Assembly (NCBI GenBank): GCA_010909165.1
Contig: MU008186.1
Coordinates: 372,001 to 436,000, forward strand
Length of the DNA stretch: 64,000 nucleotides
Source of the DNA: Anthoceros angustus
Lineage: Eukaryota; Plantae; Anthocerotophyta
Reading direction: 5' to 3'
Shown piece after piece: positions 49,474 to 61,608 of the stretch; position 1 is the first letter of the stretch; each line of letters starts with the position of its first letter. Below the pieces are notes generated by a model that did not search any database, was not told where the DNA came from, and was given only the letters and a program-made list of their open reading frames with translations. The position numbers and the translations under genes are program-made.

Positions 49474-51756
49474 ATGCACCTTGGGATGGCAGGCAACATA
49501 CGAAGAGCGCTAAACAATCTGTACAGGCCAGCTCGGGTGAATGCGCAGCCGGCTGCACTGGATTTGCAGATGGGTCGTCGTGCACTTGTATCCGCCTGGA
49601 GAGTGCCGGATGGTCACGACCCTGGCAGGCCTACAGGATATCCAAGGGGCGTGACGGCTGAAGCCGTGACCCACCTGTGTGAGGAGGGGCAGCTCAGCGA
49701 GGCTGTTGAGGCTCTGGGCGTTCTGGTGCAGGCAGGATGTCGTATTTGCCGATCTCTTTTCTACAGAGTCATCAAGAGATGTGTTCTTCAAAGGGATCTG
49801 GTTCTGGGTCGCCGTGTCCATGCTCTCACTGTGGAAGGGGGATATGAATCGGACACGTTCTTGTGCAACCACGTTCTGCGAATGTATTCTTCTCATGCCA
49901 GGTTGCAAGAAGCGATGGATGCTTGTGCACTGGTGGCCAAACCAGATGCTTTCATGTGGTCCTCCATTATCTCTGCCCATGTTAAACACGGACAAGATAA
50001 GCAGGCCATACAACTCTATCATCGGATGTGCATGTCAAGTGTGAAGCCAGATGGGCATGTGTTTGTAGCCGCCCTTCAGGCTTGTGCAAGGGCAGCAGAC
50101 TTGAAAACTGGGCAGCAAGTGCATGAGGATGTGTTGGACAGTGGAGTTGAGCTTGACTCCTTCGTCTGTAACACCTTGGTAGACATGTATGCAAAGTGTG
50201 GCAGCCTGGAAGAAGCTCGAAAAGTCTTTGACGGACTCAGTCAAAAAAATGTGGTGACATGGAATGCCCTGATAGCAGGGTATTCCCAGCAGGGTATGGG
50301 ATGGGCAGCCCTTCATCTTTACGGTGCTATGCGAGAAGAAGGTGTTGCCTCACCCGATTCTGTGACGTTTATGTGCCTCCTTCAGGCATGTGCAAGTGTG
50401 GGGAGTTCCGCTTTGCAGGAGGGGAGGCAGCTTCATACACAAATTAGAGAACAAGAATACCAAGCTAATGTGTCTGTAGGCAACAGCTTGGTAAACATGT
50501 ATGCAAAATGTGGCAGCTTGGAAGACGCTCAAAAAGTGTTTGACGGGCTCTCTCAAAAGGATGTTGTCACATGGACAGCTTTGATAGCAGGATACTCCCA
50601 GCAAGGCATGGGCCAGGAAGCCCTTTGTCTTTACGGTGCTATGCAAGAAGAAGGCATGGCCGCCCCTGATTCTGTGACATTCGTGTGCCTCCTGCAGGCA
50701 TGTGCAAGTGTGGGCGCCCTGGCTTTGGAAAAGGGGAAACAGCTTCATGCCAAAGTTAGAGAACGAGGACTTGAAGCTGATGTGTATGTGGCCAGCAGCT
50801 TGGTAAACATGTATGCGAAGTGTGGCAGCCTAGAGGACGCACGAAATGTGTTTGACAGGCTTGGTGGAAAGAACGTGGTAACCTGGACTACTCTGATTGC
50901 AGGATATTCCCAGCAGGGAATGGGTCAGGAAGCTCTTCATGTCTACAGTGCCATGGGAGAAGAAGGGGTTGTGCCACCCGATTCCGTCACATTTGTGTGC
51001 CTCCTGCAGGCATGTGCAAGTGTGGCAGCTTTGCATGTCGGAAGGCAGCTTCACGCACAGATTGAAGATCGAGGGCTTCAAGCTGATGCAACTGTGGCCA
51101 TTGGCTTGATCGACATGTATGCAAAATCAGGGAGCATGGTTGATGCACAGCAGGTGTTTGATGAGATGTCCAAAAGAGATGTTGTCGCCTGGACTGCACT
51201 GATTGCAGGATATACCCGTCAAGGAGACAGTGAACAGGTCTTTCAGCTGGTTCTCAGAATGAGGGAGGACTGTATACAGCCAGACAGCGTCACATTCCTC
51301 AGTGTGCTAACAGTGTGTAGTCATACAGGCCTAGTGAACGAGGGGCGAGAGTACTTTGAGGCTATGAATAGAGACTATGGCATCACTCCCATGGTGGAAC
51401 ACTATGCATGCATGGTGGATCTCCTGGGTCGTGCAGGCCTACTGGATGAGGCACTAGAGGTGGTGAGGACAATGCCTGTACAGCCTGATGCTACAGTTTG
51501 GTGCGCACTACTGGGTGCTTGTCAAAAGTGGAGCAGCGTGGAGGTGGGACTCCATGCTTTTGCTGAGGCAGTGAAGTTAGACAGAAAAGATGCTGCAGCA
51601 TATGTGTTGATGTCCAACATATATGCGGGTGCCCAGATGTGGGAGGAGGCACAAGAGATGCAGGTGAGGCGAACAAGACTAAGGGCATGGAAGGATCCCG
51701 GACAGAGCTGGTGGACAGACAAGGACGGACAGGTGCACAGGTTTGGTTGGGGATGA
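49474..51756 (+). CDS. PLS-E+ PPR protein (PGQSWW box); putative RNA editing factor
   Basis: Intronless PLS array, E1/E2 and WKDPGQSWWTDKDGQVHRF; first ATG at 49474, ORF open from 49408. Confidence 0.9.
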   Translation: MHLGMAGNIRRALNNLYRPARVNAQPAALDLQMGRRALVSAWRVPDGHDPGRPTGYPRGVTAEAVTHLCEEGQLSEAVEALGVLVQAGCRICRSLFYRVIKRCVLQRDLVLGRRVHALTVEGGYESDTFLCNHVLRMYSSHARLQEAMDACALVAKPDAFMWSSIISAHVKHGQDKQAIQLYHRMCMSSVKPDGHVFVAALQACARAADLKTGQQVHEDVLDSGVELDSFVCNTLVDMYAKCGSLEEARKVFDGLSQKNVVTWNALIAGYSQQGMGWAALHLYGAMREEGVASPDSVTFMCLLQACASVGSSALQEGRQLHTQIREQEYQANVSVGNSLVNMYAKCGSLEDAQKVFDGLSQKDVVTWTALIAGYSQQGMGQEALCLYGAMQEEGMAAPDSVTFVCLLQACASVGALALEKGKQLHAKVRERGLEADVYVASSLVNMYAKCGSLEDARNVFDRLGGKNVVTWTTLIAGYSQQGMGQEALHVYSAMGEEGVVPPDSVTFVCLLQACASVAALHVGRQLHAQIEDRGLQADATVAIGLIDMYAKSGSMVDAQQVFDEMSKRDVVAWTALIAGYTRQGDSEQVFQLVLRMREDCIQPDSVTFLSVLTVCSHTGLVNEGREYFEAMNRDYGITPMVEHYACMVDLLGRAGLLDEALEVVRTMPVQPDATVWCALLGACQKWSSVEVGLHAFAEAVKLDRKDAAAYVLMSNIYAGAQMWEEAQEMQVRRTRLRAWKDPGQSWWTDKDGQVHRFGWG

Positions 51757-52196
51757 AGAAACTACCCGAGAGTGAAGATGTGTATGCAATGTTCTCTTCC
51801 ACAAGGAAGAACGAGGGTACTTGGCACATCCGGACTAGTAGACACATTCGAAGAACAGTAAGCAGCACATCCGATGACACCTTCCAGGGTCTGAGCCTGC
51901 CGCTGTGAGAAATCAAGTCCACTGTTGGCGGGTTCGGCAAAGGGCTAGGCAGCAGTAAGCAAATAGCTGGAAAGGCAAGAGGTTGTTCAGCCCACCAGCA
52001 GAGCACGTAAGCGATCACCGATCACGATTCTCCCTTTCAAGTGAGAATTCTTAGATCACCACGTCTCTGCTGCCATTCTTATGACACTGGATGCGTTTCA
52101 CGGCAAGATCAATGCATCCATGACGAGCGCAAGGACTTCAGTACCTGTTGTTGACGCAGCAGCAGCAAAATACAGAATGGACCACCTCCTTTGCCT

Positions 52197-53263
52197 CTAC
52201 TCTCCATGCTGAAGCCGCTTGTCCATAACTGACTTGGGAAGAGGTTGAACCTCTGCCAAAGTTACATTGCCATGCAGGGTCTGTTCCTTGGCAGTTGTCT
52301 CCAGGTGTTGCATACTCGTGTACATCACATGGTGCTACAGGTCAACATGCTCAAAGAGTCTGTCCCACAAAGCCTAAACCCTAAATCCTAAGTAAAGCCC
52401 GGGCTAAGTTGGTGGACTTGTAAAGCCTTAACCCTATACCCTAAGTCGGGAACTGGCCCAAGCTTAGTGACATAAACCTTGAAGCTGGGAATGCCGTCTC
52501 GGGCAGTGACAGTTCCCATCACCAGGACGACATGATAACCCCAAAGCTTCTGACGCATAGGCAAAACTTTGTTGCTCTGGTTCACTGGATTGAACACACA
52601 CATTTGCATTCCCTCGCGTGTGAGACGGCGAATGCACATTTTCGAAACCACTAACCACAACCGCACTTCTTCCGGCAGTGTCTGACAGACCTCACCGCTT
52701 CCATCTAGCCAGGAGACAGGGAACTCCACAACACTCTTCACATCGCTCAAGAAATCGTTCAGGATAGTCTCATCGCTGGCATCCTCTCTACCCTTGTCCT
52801 CCATGTCCTCGTCGCCGCCGTGACGCGCGATAAGCACCATATTTGCTGCCGCAGTAGCCCGGCAGCTTTGGCCTGCAGGGCCGCCACAGAGTCTAGCAGG
52901 GATGGAGAGTTTGACAGACGGTGAACTGGCCGAGCTGCATCTATGTGGTTGATGCTTTGTAGGCACGCCACACCCTTCCGAAAAACCTTGGAGGCCAAGC
53001 AAGCTTCCCAACGACTTCAATGTTTCCTGGCTTGTACGCGGAATGCTTGGAATTTGCAACCAACAGTGTGCGGCCGCATTAGCAGCTTCAACACCCCTTC
53101 CTGAAGACTTGTGCAAAGTTGCGGGACGGATCCACCCGGGGGAGATCCATGCTAGACTATGTACTTCAGCCTTCCGCGGGGCAATTGCATGTCTTGAAAA
53201 CGAAGAGATGAGACAACGCTTCCTGAACCGTATTAGACTACGTAGACCATGTCCAGCATCCAC
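52197..53263 (-). CDS. Hypothetical protein, probably organelle-targeted, ~3 exons
   Basis: R/S/A-rich N-terminus and acidic linker; plausible introns after TLPEE and GIPSFK; last exon HHVMYTSMQHLE...LQHGE*; family not recognised. Confidence 0.5.
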
Positions 53264-53524
53264 TGCTTAAATAAAATTCTTCTTCTTCTTCTTTGAGCCG
53301 GTGCGTACTTGCCCACTTTTCAAACATTGCAGCTGAATCTGCGGAGGAAGAAATTCTCTACAAGTTCACCAACTTAGCTAGTTCTTGGGTATGAGGTTCT
53401 GAACTCTGCGCTGAGTTCGACTTCTGGCGAGAGTTCTGAGTTGCCTGATCAAAGGAGCTCTGGTGATGTGAACATAACATTGTAGATACATATAGTCAGC
53501 TCATCCAACTTAGAACAAACTTAG

Positions 53525-53757
53525 ATCCATTCATTAGAAACGTCGACAACAAGCTAAAGGTTAGAGGATCCGTTCATTGGAAACATCAACAGCCGGCTAA
53601 GGTTTGTGAATTCATTCATTGGAAACATCAACAGCTGGCTAAGGTTTGTGAATTCATTCATTGGAAACATCAACAGCTGGCTAAGGTTTATAAATCATTC
53701 ATTGGAAACGTCCACAGCTGGCTAAGGTTTGTAGATCCATTCATTGCAAACGTCAAC
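53525..53757. repeat. ~42-bp minisatellite x5-6
   Basis: attcattggaaacatcaacagctggctaaggtttgtga unit. Confidence 0.85.
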
Positions 53758-54667
53758 CAATAAAAGGTTTGCAATTACAGGAGCGGAAAGCAAGTTCTGT
53801 CTCTCTCTGCAGTATGAAGAGTGCCATTTGGAGCTCCTGCGAAACTAAGGTGGAAGCCCTTCCCAGCTGAAAATCCCCAAGGAGACATTTATGGGTTAGG
53901 ATGGAGCACCCTGCAGTTGGAACACGGGCATTTCTCAGCGAGATGCAGCCCGCGGTTTGATGATCGAACTGTCCCCTAATATAGACTTGCCCAGATTCAG
54001 GGGGAGTTTTGTGATAAGTTTGTGTTTGTGTGGCGGGAACTAGCCCACTTCTGATGGATGTAGCTCTGAAGGATCAGGCAGTGTAAACGACGGAAGACCC
54101 TGAGGTCCTGTCCCCGTCTTCCGGCTTGGGCTGTGATCAGATGCAAGGGTGGCCATGTTCCCGTCCTCTTTGCTGGTCACTCTACATGCATCCATACATG
54201 TAGAGCTCAGTCTACAGGCTGGTTCACGGATTGCAAGTCTTTCTGGTAAGCAAATCCACAGAAACAGACACAGATTGGAGAACTAACATTCAACGTTGCG
54301 CAGTTAGCCAGCAAGGTTAGCAACATCCGGCAACTGCAGCAACAAAGAATCTGTAAGTCCTTGTGATCGGGATTAACAATAGAGAACAATAGTGAAGCCA
54401 AGGGCAAGATCCCATTCTCGAATACACTTGACACTACAAGTTACTCATCCCGTTCTTGACACTACAAGTTACATTAGGCCTCTTATACTCTCTGGCCATT
54501 GCAGAAACCAAGGCAGCATTGTTGAATGTTGGCAGCACGACACTCTCACCAATGCCTTTGATTTTGTGGAGCTCCATAGACTACCAAGTCAGTAGCTATT
54601 TGGAGAGCCACGGCCAGGCAATGCTCACATCAGCAGCCTTTGCCAGAACTTAACTCTATAGTATATA

Positions 54668-54830
54668 CCTAACAACCTTCAGCTAATAACCCTCAGCTAA
54701 CAACCCTCAGCTAACGTTAACCCCCACCTAATAACCTTCAGCTAACAACCCTCAGCTAACGTTAATCCCCACCTAATAACCTTCAGCTAACAACCTCAGC
54801 TAATGTTGATCCTCAGCTAACCACCCTCAG
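54668..54830. repeat. ~13-bp-based tandem repeat (cctcagctaacaac)
   Basis: Visible repeats with higher-order periodicity. Confidence 0.75.
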
Positions 54831-55909
54831 ATTAATAAAATAATTAATAATACTTATAATATCATTAGATGTGGTTAATTATTCATAAATAAATAGATGC
54901 AAGTAATTTGTTGTAATGCAGGTAATCAATTAATGGGACGTGGATAGCTGGACACGAATTCTTCACAAAACCGGCTCCTTGTAAAGAGGACCAACATCAA
55001 TCATTAATCCAAAGGATATAGCCAATTTCAAACTATGTTCATCAAAAGTTCTCGAAATGTGAGAATCCATACCAAGACATTTGGTATCAAAACCACCCCT
55101 AACATTTGGTATCAAAGCCACTTGCAATCTCCCCTATAGAAGGAATTCCATGCGAGTTGAAATCTCTGTGGTGGTCCATTTAAAGACATGCGAGAACATC
55201 TTTCACCCAGAGAAGTTGTGGTGGTCCATTTAGAGACATGAGAGAACATCTTCACCACAGAAGTTGTGCTAATCCACTTAGAGACATGAGAGCGCACTTT
55301 TCTCTAGAGAAGTTCAAGCAGAAGGATCTTGAGTGGAAGTGATATGAATTCCCAACTGGATGTATCATTGACAGCGAAATTTGTTGGTGGCGTGGACGAG
55401 TGGAAGGTGCTCAACTTACTAGCCTTCCTTCGTCTCAAGAATCTGAATGTAATCCCCTCTAGAGCACCTCATGTTAGTGTGCTTGGGGTTTGAAGGATGT
55501 ATTTTTCTCAACTACTTTAACATAGAGAAACTCAACGAAAAAAATTGGGTGTATTAGGGCATGAGTTAGGCAGGGAGAGGAAAGGTTCCTTGTAAAATAA
55601 GCCATGTGATACAAGAGGAAGTTCACAAGCTCTAACATAGGAAGTCATATGATGTAAGAGAAATGGGCCCTTGATATGATAAGCCATGTGATATACGAGG
55701 AATGGATCTCTCATATAAGAGACATATAGATGTATGGTATGTAGCTATGTAGTTCCATAGTAGGCTAACACGCTTGTGATATTTGCACTGCGGTTTGTAG
55801 CTATATGGCTCTGTAAGAGGCTCGGGATATAAAAATAATTGCATCTTGTAACTAATGTAGCTTTACAAGAGGATCGTGGTATTAGAGGATCCTGATTTTA
55901 TGAAATACA

Positions 55910-56062
55910 TGGACGAGACTACTTCCTAAAAAATGTAAAGAAGTATGCGGAGTGTAGCTATGTGTTCTATAAATAAGAGGTTCGTGGACGAGACTACTTC
56001 CTAAAAAATGTAAAGAAGTATGCGGAGTGTAGCTATGTGTTCAATAAATAAGAGGTTCGTGA
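55910..56062. repeat. 76-bp tandem duplication
   Basis: ggacgagactacttcctaaaaaatg at 55911 and 55987. Confidence 0.85.
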
Positions 56063-56772
56063 TAATTGTAAGAAACTACGTGTGGGCTATCTATATGACA
56101 ATTCTCCATATGAAATTACATTTGATCCATAATGCCATTATGGATCATTGTAGAGGGGCATCTTATATAATAACCCATTGGGTTACAATGGGTTATTATA
56201 TAAGAAGTCATATTTGATCTACAATGAGCCCTCGTGTAAGACGCCATGTGCAATATGTAACTGTACAATGTGTAATGGGCCTCCAATATACATAAGAGGC
56301 TTTATACGGTCCATAGCTATACATTCCACAATGGACCCCTGATATGTATGAGGTTGTGCTCGTAGTTGTATAATGGACTCCTTGTACCATAAGAGGTCTA
56401 AGCCGTTTTGGCCCATAATAGCCTCTATATTAAGAAAGTTATTATGGTTTGGACTTTTTGTCCTACAACAGACCTAAGCCGAGTATAGTCCATAATGACC
56501 TCTTTATAAAGAAATTTATTACTGTTTTAATTTAATCAAGTATATCTAGGAAGTTTACGTAAATAAAAAAAGCTTGGTGTTGATTCTTGACACAATCCCC
56601 ACTCTATGTGTGTGCTTGCACTTCAGGATTTGCATTCTGTATGTGCTTGCACTCAAATGACTAAGTAGTACAAGCTATGTTTGACGCATGAATCTAAGTT
56701 TAAGTGCTTTATTAGGGTTTTGGAGGGTTTTGTATGTGTTAAGTGCTTTATTAGGGTTTTGGGTTTATTAGT

Positions 56773-59700
56773 TGTCATGGAAAATCCGACGTGTCTTGTG
56801 TGTTGCCACTCACAGATCCTTCAAAGATTGTTGATTGAGTCGCCGGGTTCCTCTACGTCTTTCGCTACTACCAAAATTGAGGAGTTCGTACTTTTCTCTC
56901 TTGGACGGGACTTCGAATTCGCTCCGATGGACTGGCTAGTTAAATCAATCTTTGAAGGATGCCGGTAACACATACCGGCAGGCCAGGACAGCCGGGCAGG
57001 GAGAGGACTTGTGTCTAGGAATCATCAAGATGGGAGACAAGGATCAAATGGAGTTGTTCACGGACGGCGGGCACTTGCGGCGAGGACTTCATCGAGGGCA
57101 GTGGTGTGCGAAGATAGAATTGAAGACCGAACACAGTGATATGGCTTCATCAAATGCAGAGCTGGGGATGAAGCATTGGCGTGCTATCGAGCTGGTGAGG
57201 TTGTTAGCGGCACATTTGGAGGACAGTGGTAGCGATTCGAGCCGAAGGAACCGATGTAGAGAGGCGGTTTAACATCGAAGAGATGTTTAACATCTTCCGG
57301 TGGAGTTTCACGCAAGCACGGATGAGAAGATCTCCGAGCTCACACATTTCAAGATGAAGTCAGCGAGATTGCGAAGATGGCCATCAAGAATCGACCCGGT
57401 TACACACCAAGATCATGAGGACCGGTACAGAAGTACTTGCATGCATTGCCATTGTGCATGAAGGTGCAAGCGGCAATAAGGGCAACACTACACCCTCAAG
57501 AATGCGCACGAGATGGCCGACAAGATAGGGCCCGCCCACGCTCGGCAGCCATCTCGCATACTTCCTTGAGGGTAAGGTTGTTCGGTTGTGCACCGCTTGT
57601 TTCACCTTCATGCGCAGCGATATGGCAATGCATGCAAGTACGCCCGCCACCATGATCTTGGTGTCACCAACCGGTCGATTCTTCGAAGCCATCTTCGCAA
57701 TCTCGCTGACTTCATCTTGAAATGTGTGAGTGAGATCTTCTCATCCGTTGCGGAAACTCCACTGAAGATGTTAAACATCTCTTCGATGTTAAACCGCCTC
57801 TACATCGGTTCCTTCAAGCTCGAATCGCTACCATCGGTCCTCCAAATGTGCCAACACCTCACCTTGTGCTCTCGATAGACGCCAATGCTTCATCCCCAAG
57901 TACTGCATTTGATGAAGCCATCACTGTATTCGGCCTTCACCATCTTCGCACACACCACCGCATTTCGATGAAGTCCTCAGCCGGCAAGGTGCCCGCCGTC
58001 CGCGAACAACTCCATTTGATCCTTGTCTCCTCCCATCTCGATTCTAGACACAAGTCCTCCTCGCCGCCAACAGTTGTCCCGCAACACTGATGTGTCTTGT
58101 GTGTTGCCACTCACGGATCCTTCAAAGATTGTTGATTGAGTCGGGTTCCTCTGCGTCCTTCATCGTACCAAAATCGAGGTGCTCGTGCTTCTCTCTTGGT
58201 CGAGACTTGAATTCGCTCCGATGGACTTGCGGTTGGTAGCTCCGTCCGGATCGAGTGTGTCAGGAATCATCAAGATGGAGGACAGTTCAGGAATCATCAA
58301 GATGGAGGAGACAAGGATCAAATGGAGTTGTTCACGGACGGCGACCTGCAAGATCAAAGAGTGGCGGAAGACCACACCAGTGATGGCTTCATCAAATGCG
58401 AGAAATGGGATGAAGCATTGGCGTGCTATCGAGCTGGTGAGTTGTTAGCGGCACATTTGGAGGACCGTGAGTAGCGATTCGAGCCGAAGGAACCGATGTA
58501 GAGGCGGTTTAACATCGAAGAGATGTTTAACATCTTCCGGAGTTTCACGCAAGCACGGATGAGAAGATCTCCAGCTCACACATTTCAAGATGAAGTCAAG
58601 CGAGATTGCGAAGATGGCCATCAAGAATCGACCAGCATGACACACCGCGATGAAGTCAAGCGAGATAGTTTTGAAGAGCAAAACAAGCGAGATTGCGAAG
58701 ATGGCCATCTTCGCACACACTACACCCTCAAGAATGCATTTAGACATGGCGACAAGATAGGGCCCGCCGACACGCTCGGCAGCCATCTCGTACACCTCGA
58801 GGGTATAGTGCCCTTCTGTGTGCACCGCTTGTTTCACCTTCATGCGCAGCGATATGGCAATGCATGCAAGTACGCCCGCCACCATGATCTTGGTGTCACC
58901 AACCGGTCGATTCTTCGAAGCCATCTTCGCAATCTCGCTGACTTCATCTTGAAATGTGTGAGTCGAGATCTTCTCATCCGCGCGGCTCCGAAGACTGTTA
59001 AACATCTCTTCGATGTTAAACCGCTTCCTCTACATCGGTTCCTTCAAGCTCGAATCGCTACCATCGGTCCTCCAAATGTCAACAACCTCACCTTGTGCTC
59101 TCGATAGACGCCAATGCTTCATCCCCAAGTACTGCATTTGATGGCTTACTACTGTATTGGGCCTCCTCCTCTCCTCCCATCTTCGCACACACTACACCGC
59201 ATTTCGATGAAGTCCTTGGTGCCCGCCCCGCGAACAACTCCATTTGATCCTTGTCTCCTCCCATCTTGACGATTCCTAGACACAAGTCCTCCTCGCTGTC
59301 GCTGCCGCTGAGTTGTCCCGGCAACACCGATGTGTCTTGTGTGTTGCCACTCACAGATCCTTCAAAGATTGTTGATTGAGTCGCTGGGTTCCTCTGCGTC
59401 CTTCACTGGTACCAAAATCGAGGTGCTCGTGCTTCTCTCTCTTGGTCGAGACTTCGAATTCGCTCCGATGGACTTGCTGGTTGGTAGCTCCGTCCGGATC
59501 GAGTGTGTCTAGGCATGCACTCCAGGTGGTCAGTGGCTAAGTCAAAACCCTTAATCAAGGTTAACACACCCCGCTTGCTTAGATCGTGATTAGTGAAACC
59601 TCTAAGTATATATGCGTGTCTAAACTGCATACAAATACTCTTCTGTCCCACTCCAAAGCAAGGGGTTGAGATGGGTGAGTTGGATAGCTTGTGCAAAAGA

Positions 59701-61397
59701 ACTTCACAATTGAGCACTTGCTTTGGAGTTGAGATGGGTGAGTTGGATAGCTTGTGCAAAAGAACTTCACAATTGAGCACCCTTTGGGCGGATCAATACC
59801 TGGATGGGGTGCCAACGCACTCACCCTTTGGGCGGATCAATACCTGGATGGGGTGCCAATGCACTCACCCTTTGGGCGAATCAATACCTAGATGGGGTGC
59901 CAACGCACTCACCCTTTGGGCGGATCAATACCTGAATGGGGTGCGAACTCACTCACCCTTTGGGCGGATCAATACCTGAATGGGGTGCCAACTCACTCGA
60001 AGTTTTGAAGAGCAAAAACAAACGGATTTGGACAGAGAGCAAAAACAAACGGATAGTTTTGAAGAGCAAAAAACAAACGGATTTGGACAGAGAGAAAAAA
60101 CAAACAGATAGTTTTGAAGAGCAAAAACAAACGGATTTGGACAGAGAGCAAAAACAAACGGATAGTTTTGAAGAGCAAAAACAAACTGATTTGGACAGAG
60201 AGAAAAAACAAACGGATTGGTAACATACCCATTGCTATCCTCTCCTCCCTTATCCCTTGTTATCACAAGGGGGTTGGCCTTAAAAGGCCACACCCCCTTG
60301 TGGAGGCCTCATTCCTCTCCTTGGACTTGGGCTTCTTCTCCTCCTCTCCTTGGACTTGGGCTTCTTCTCCTCCTCTCCTTGGATTTGGGCTTTTTCTCCT
60401 CCTCTCCTTGGATAGGGACTTCTTCTCCTCCTCTTCTTGGACTTGGGCTTCTTCTCCTCCTCTCCTTGGATTTGGGCTTTTTCTCCTCCTCTCCTTGGAC
60501 AGGGGCTTCTTCTCCTCCTCTTCTTGGACTTGGGCTTCTTTTCCTCCTCTCCTTGGCCTCAAGCCTTGGGCACACTTTAGAGGGTACCTTGCCTACTTGC
60601 TTAAAGAGCTAGCCTCGCCTAGCTTCGCCTAGCACACTAAGCCTAGCACGGCCTAGCACGGCCTAGCATCGCCTAGCACACTAAGCCTAGCACGGCCTAG
60701 CATCGCCTAGCACTCTAAGCCTAGCACGCCCAGCACACTAAGCCTAGCACGCCTAGCACACTAAGCCCAGCACTACTATCAATCCTAAATCGCCTATCTA
60801 GCACACACGGATCATAGCTTGTAACAGGAGGGAGTGCAGCATCGTGACACAAACACACTCCCCACGAACAACACGCAAATTCCTCACACATCGCTCTCGG
60901 AGTCATAGCTTTGGCCTCCTCATAACACCCTTGCATTGCATATCTAGAGGAGAAGCTATGATCTTGTCCTCAATGGAAGGGTCTATATATACTAGCCCTT
61001 GGCATCGGCATATTCCTAAGATATCCTAATTGGCATCAGCATATGCCGAAAATATCCTAAAAATACACTATAATATACAAGGAATATGCCAAAGCATATT
61101 ACTTGAGCTTATCCACTTAGCTATTGTATCCTAAGAATACACTAGTATGCAAGGAATATGCCAAAGCATATTACTTGAGCTTATCCACTTAGCTATTGCT
61201 AACCATGTTTAATTAACACTAATTAGGCTTAATTAACATAAGCACCTTAGATTAATTAACACTAATCAATGCTTAATTAACACAAGCACCTTAGATTAAT
61301 TAACACTAATTATTTACTTAAAGATAAGTGATCAGATTAATTAATGCTAATCAAACACTAAACCCAAGTGCAGAGATTAGTGTCACACGACATGACA
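56773..61397 (-). mobile_element. Ty3/gypsy-like LTR element remnant: LTR-like right end, satellite-filled leader, gag (ATG ~59516) with fold-back duplications
   Basis: TGTCATG...CATGACA ends; MPRHTRSGRSY start; gag-like EEMFNSLRSRADEKIS..FQDEVSEIAKM..GHYTLEVYEMAAE; no matching TSD seen. Confidence 0.55.
59665..60772. repeat. Five abutting tandem arrays: 63 bp x2, 44 bp x5, 54 bp x4, 30-33 bp x8, cctagcac microrepeats
   Basis: Units visible at 59665, 59778, 60001, 60313 and 60612. Confidence 0.9.
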
Positions 61398-61608
61398 AGG
61401 GTTTTGTATGTGCTTGCATTCAAATGACTAACATGTACTATGTAGGTATGACGTATGAATCTAGGTTTACGTGCTTTATTAGGGTTTTAGATGGTTCAAG
61501 TTCTTGATTCTTGAAAGATTTTTATTACTGTAGTTTAAGGTCAATGAGATTTCTTTCACTCTACTGTGTTTCATTTTACGACAATTTTCATCGTGTGTGT
61601 CTTAAAAG

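Noticed and set aside
31128-51722. Many short overlapping or antisense ORFs on the PPR genes
   Set aside because: Shadows of the repetitive PPR coding strand
31009-51756. U-to-C editing (DYW:KP/GRP) factors
   Set aside because: All three have PGQSWW boxes and no catalytic domain
52370-52445. Telomere-like CCCTAAA motifs
   Set aside because: Only a few degenerate copies inside an intron
59778-59997. 44-bp repeats as a CRISPR array
   Set aside because: Head-to-tail with no unique spacers, no cas genes, eukaryotic context
60217-60632. Protamine/viral-core-like RRRSPSPRR ORFs and Leu-rich ORFs
   Set aside because: Translations of a 30-33 bp purine/pyrimidine satellite, open in several frames
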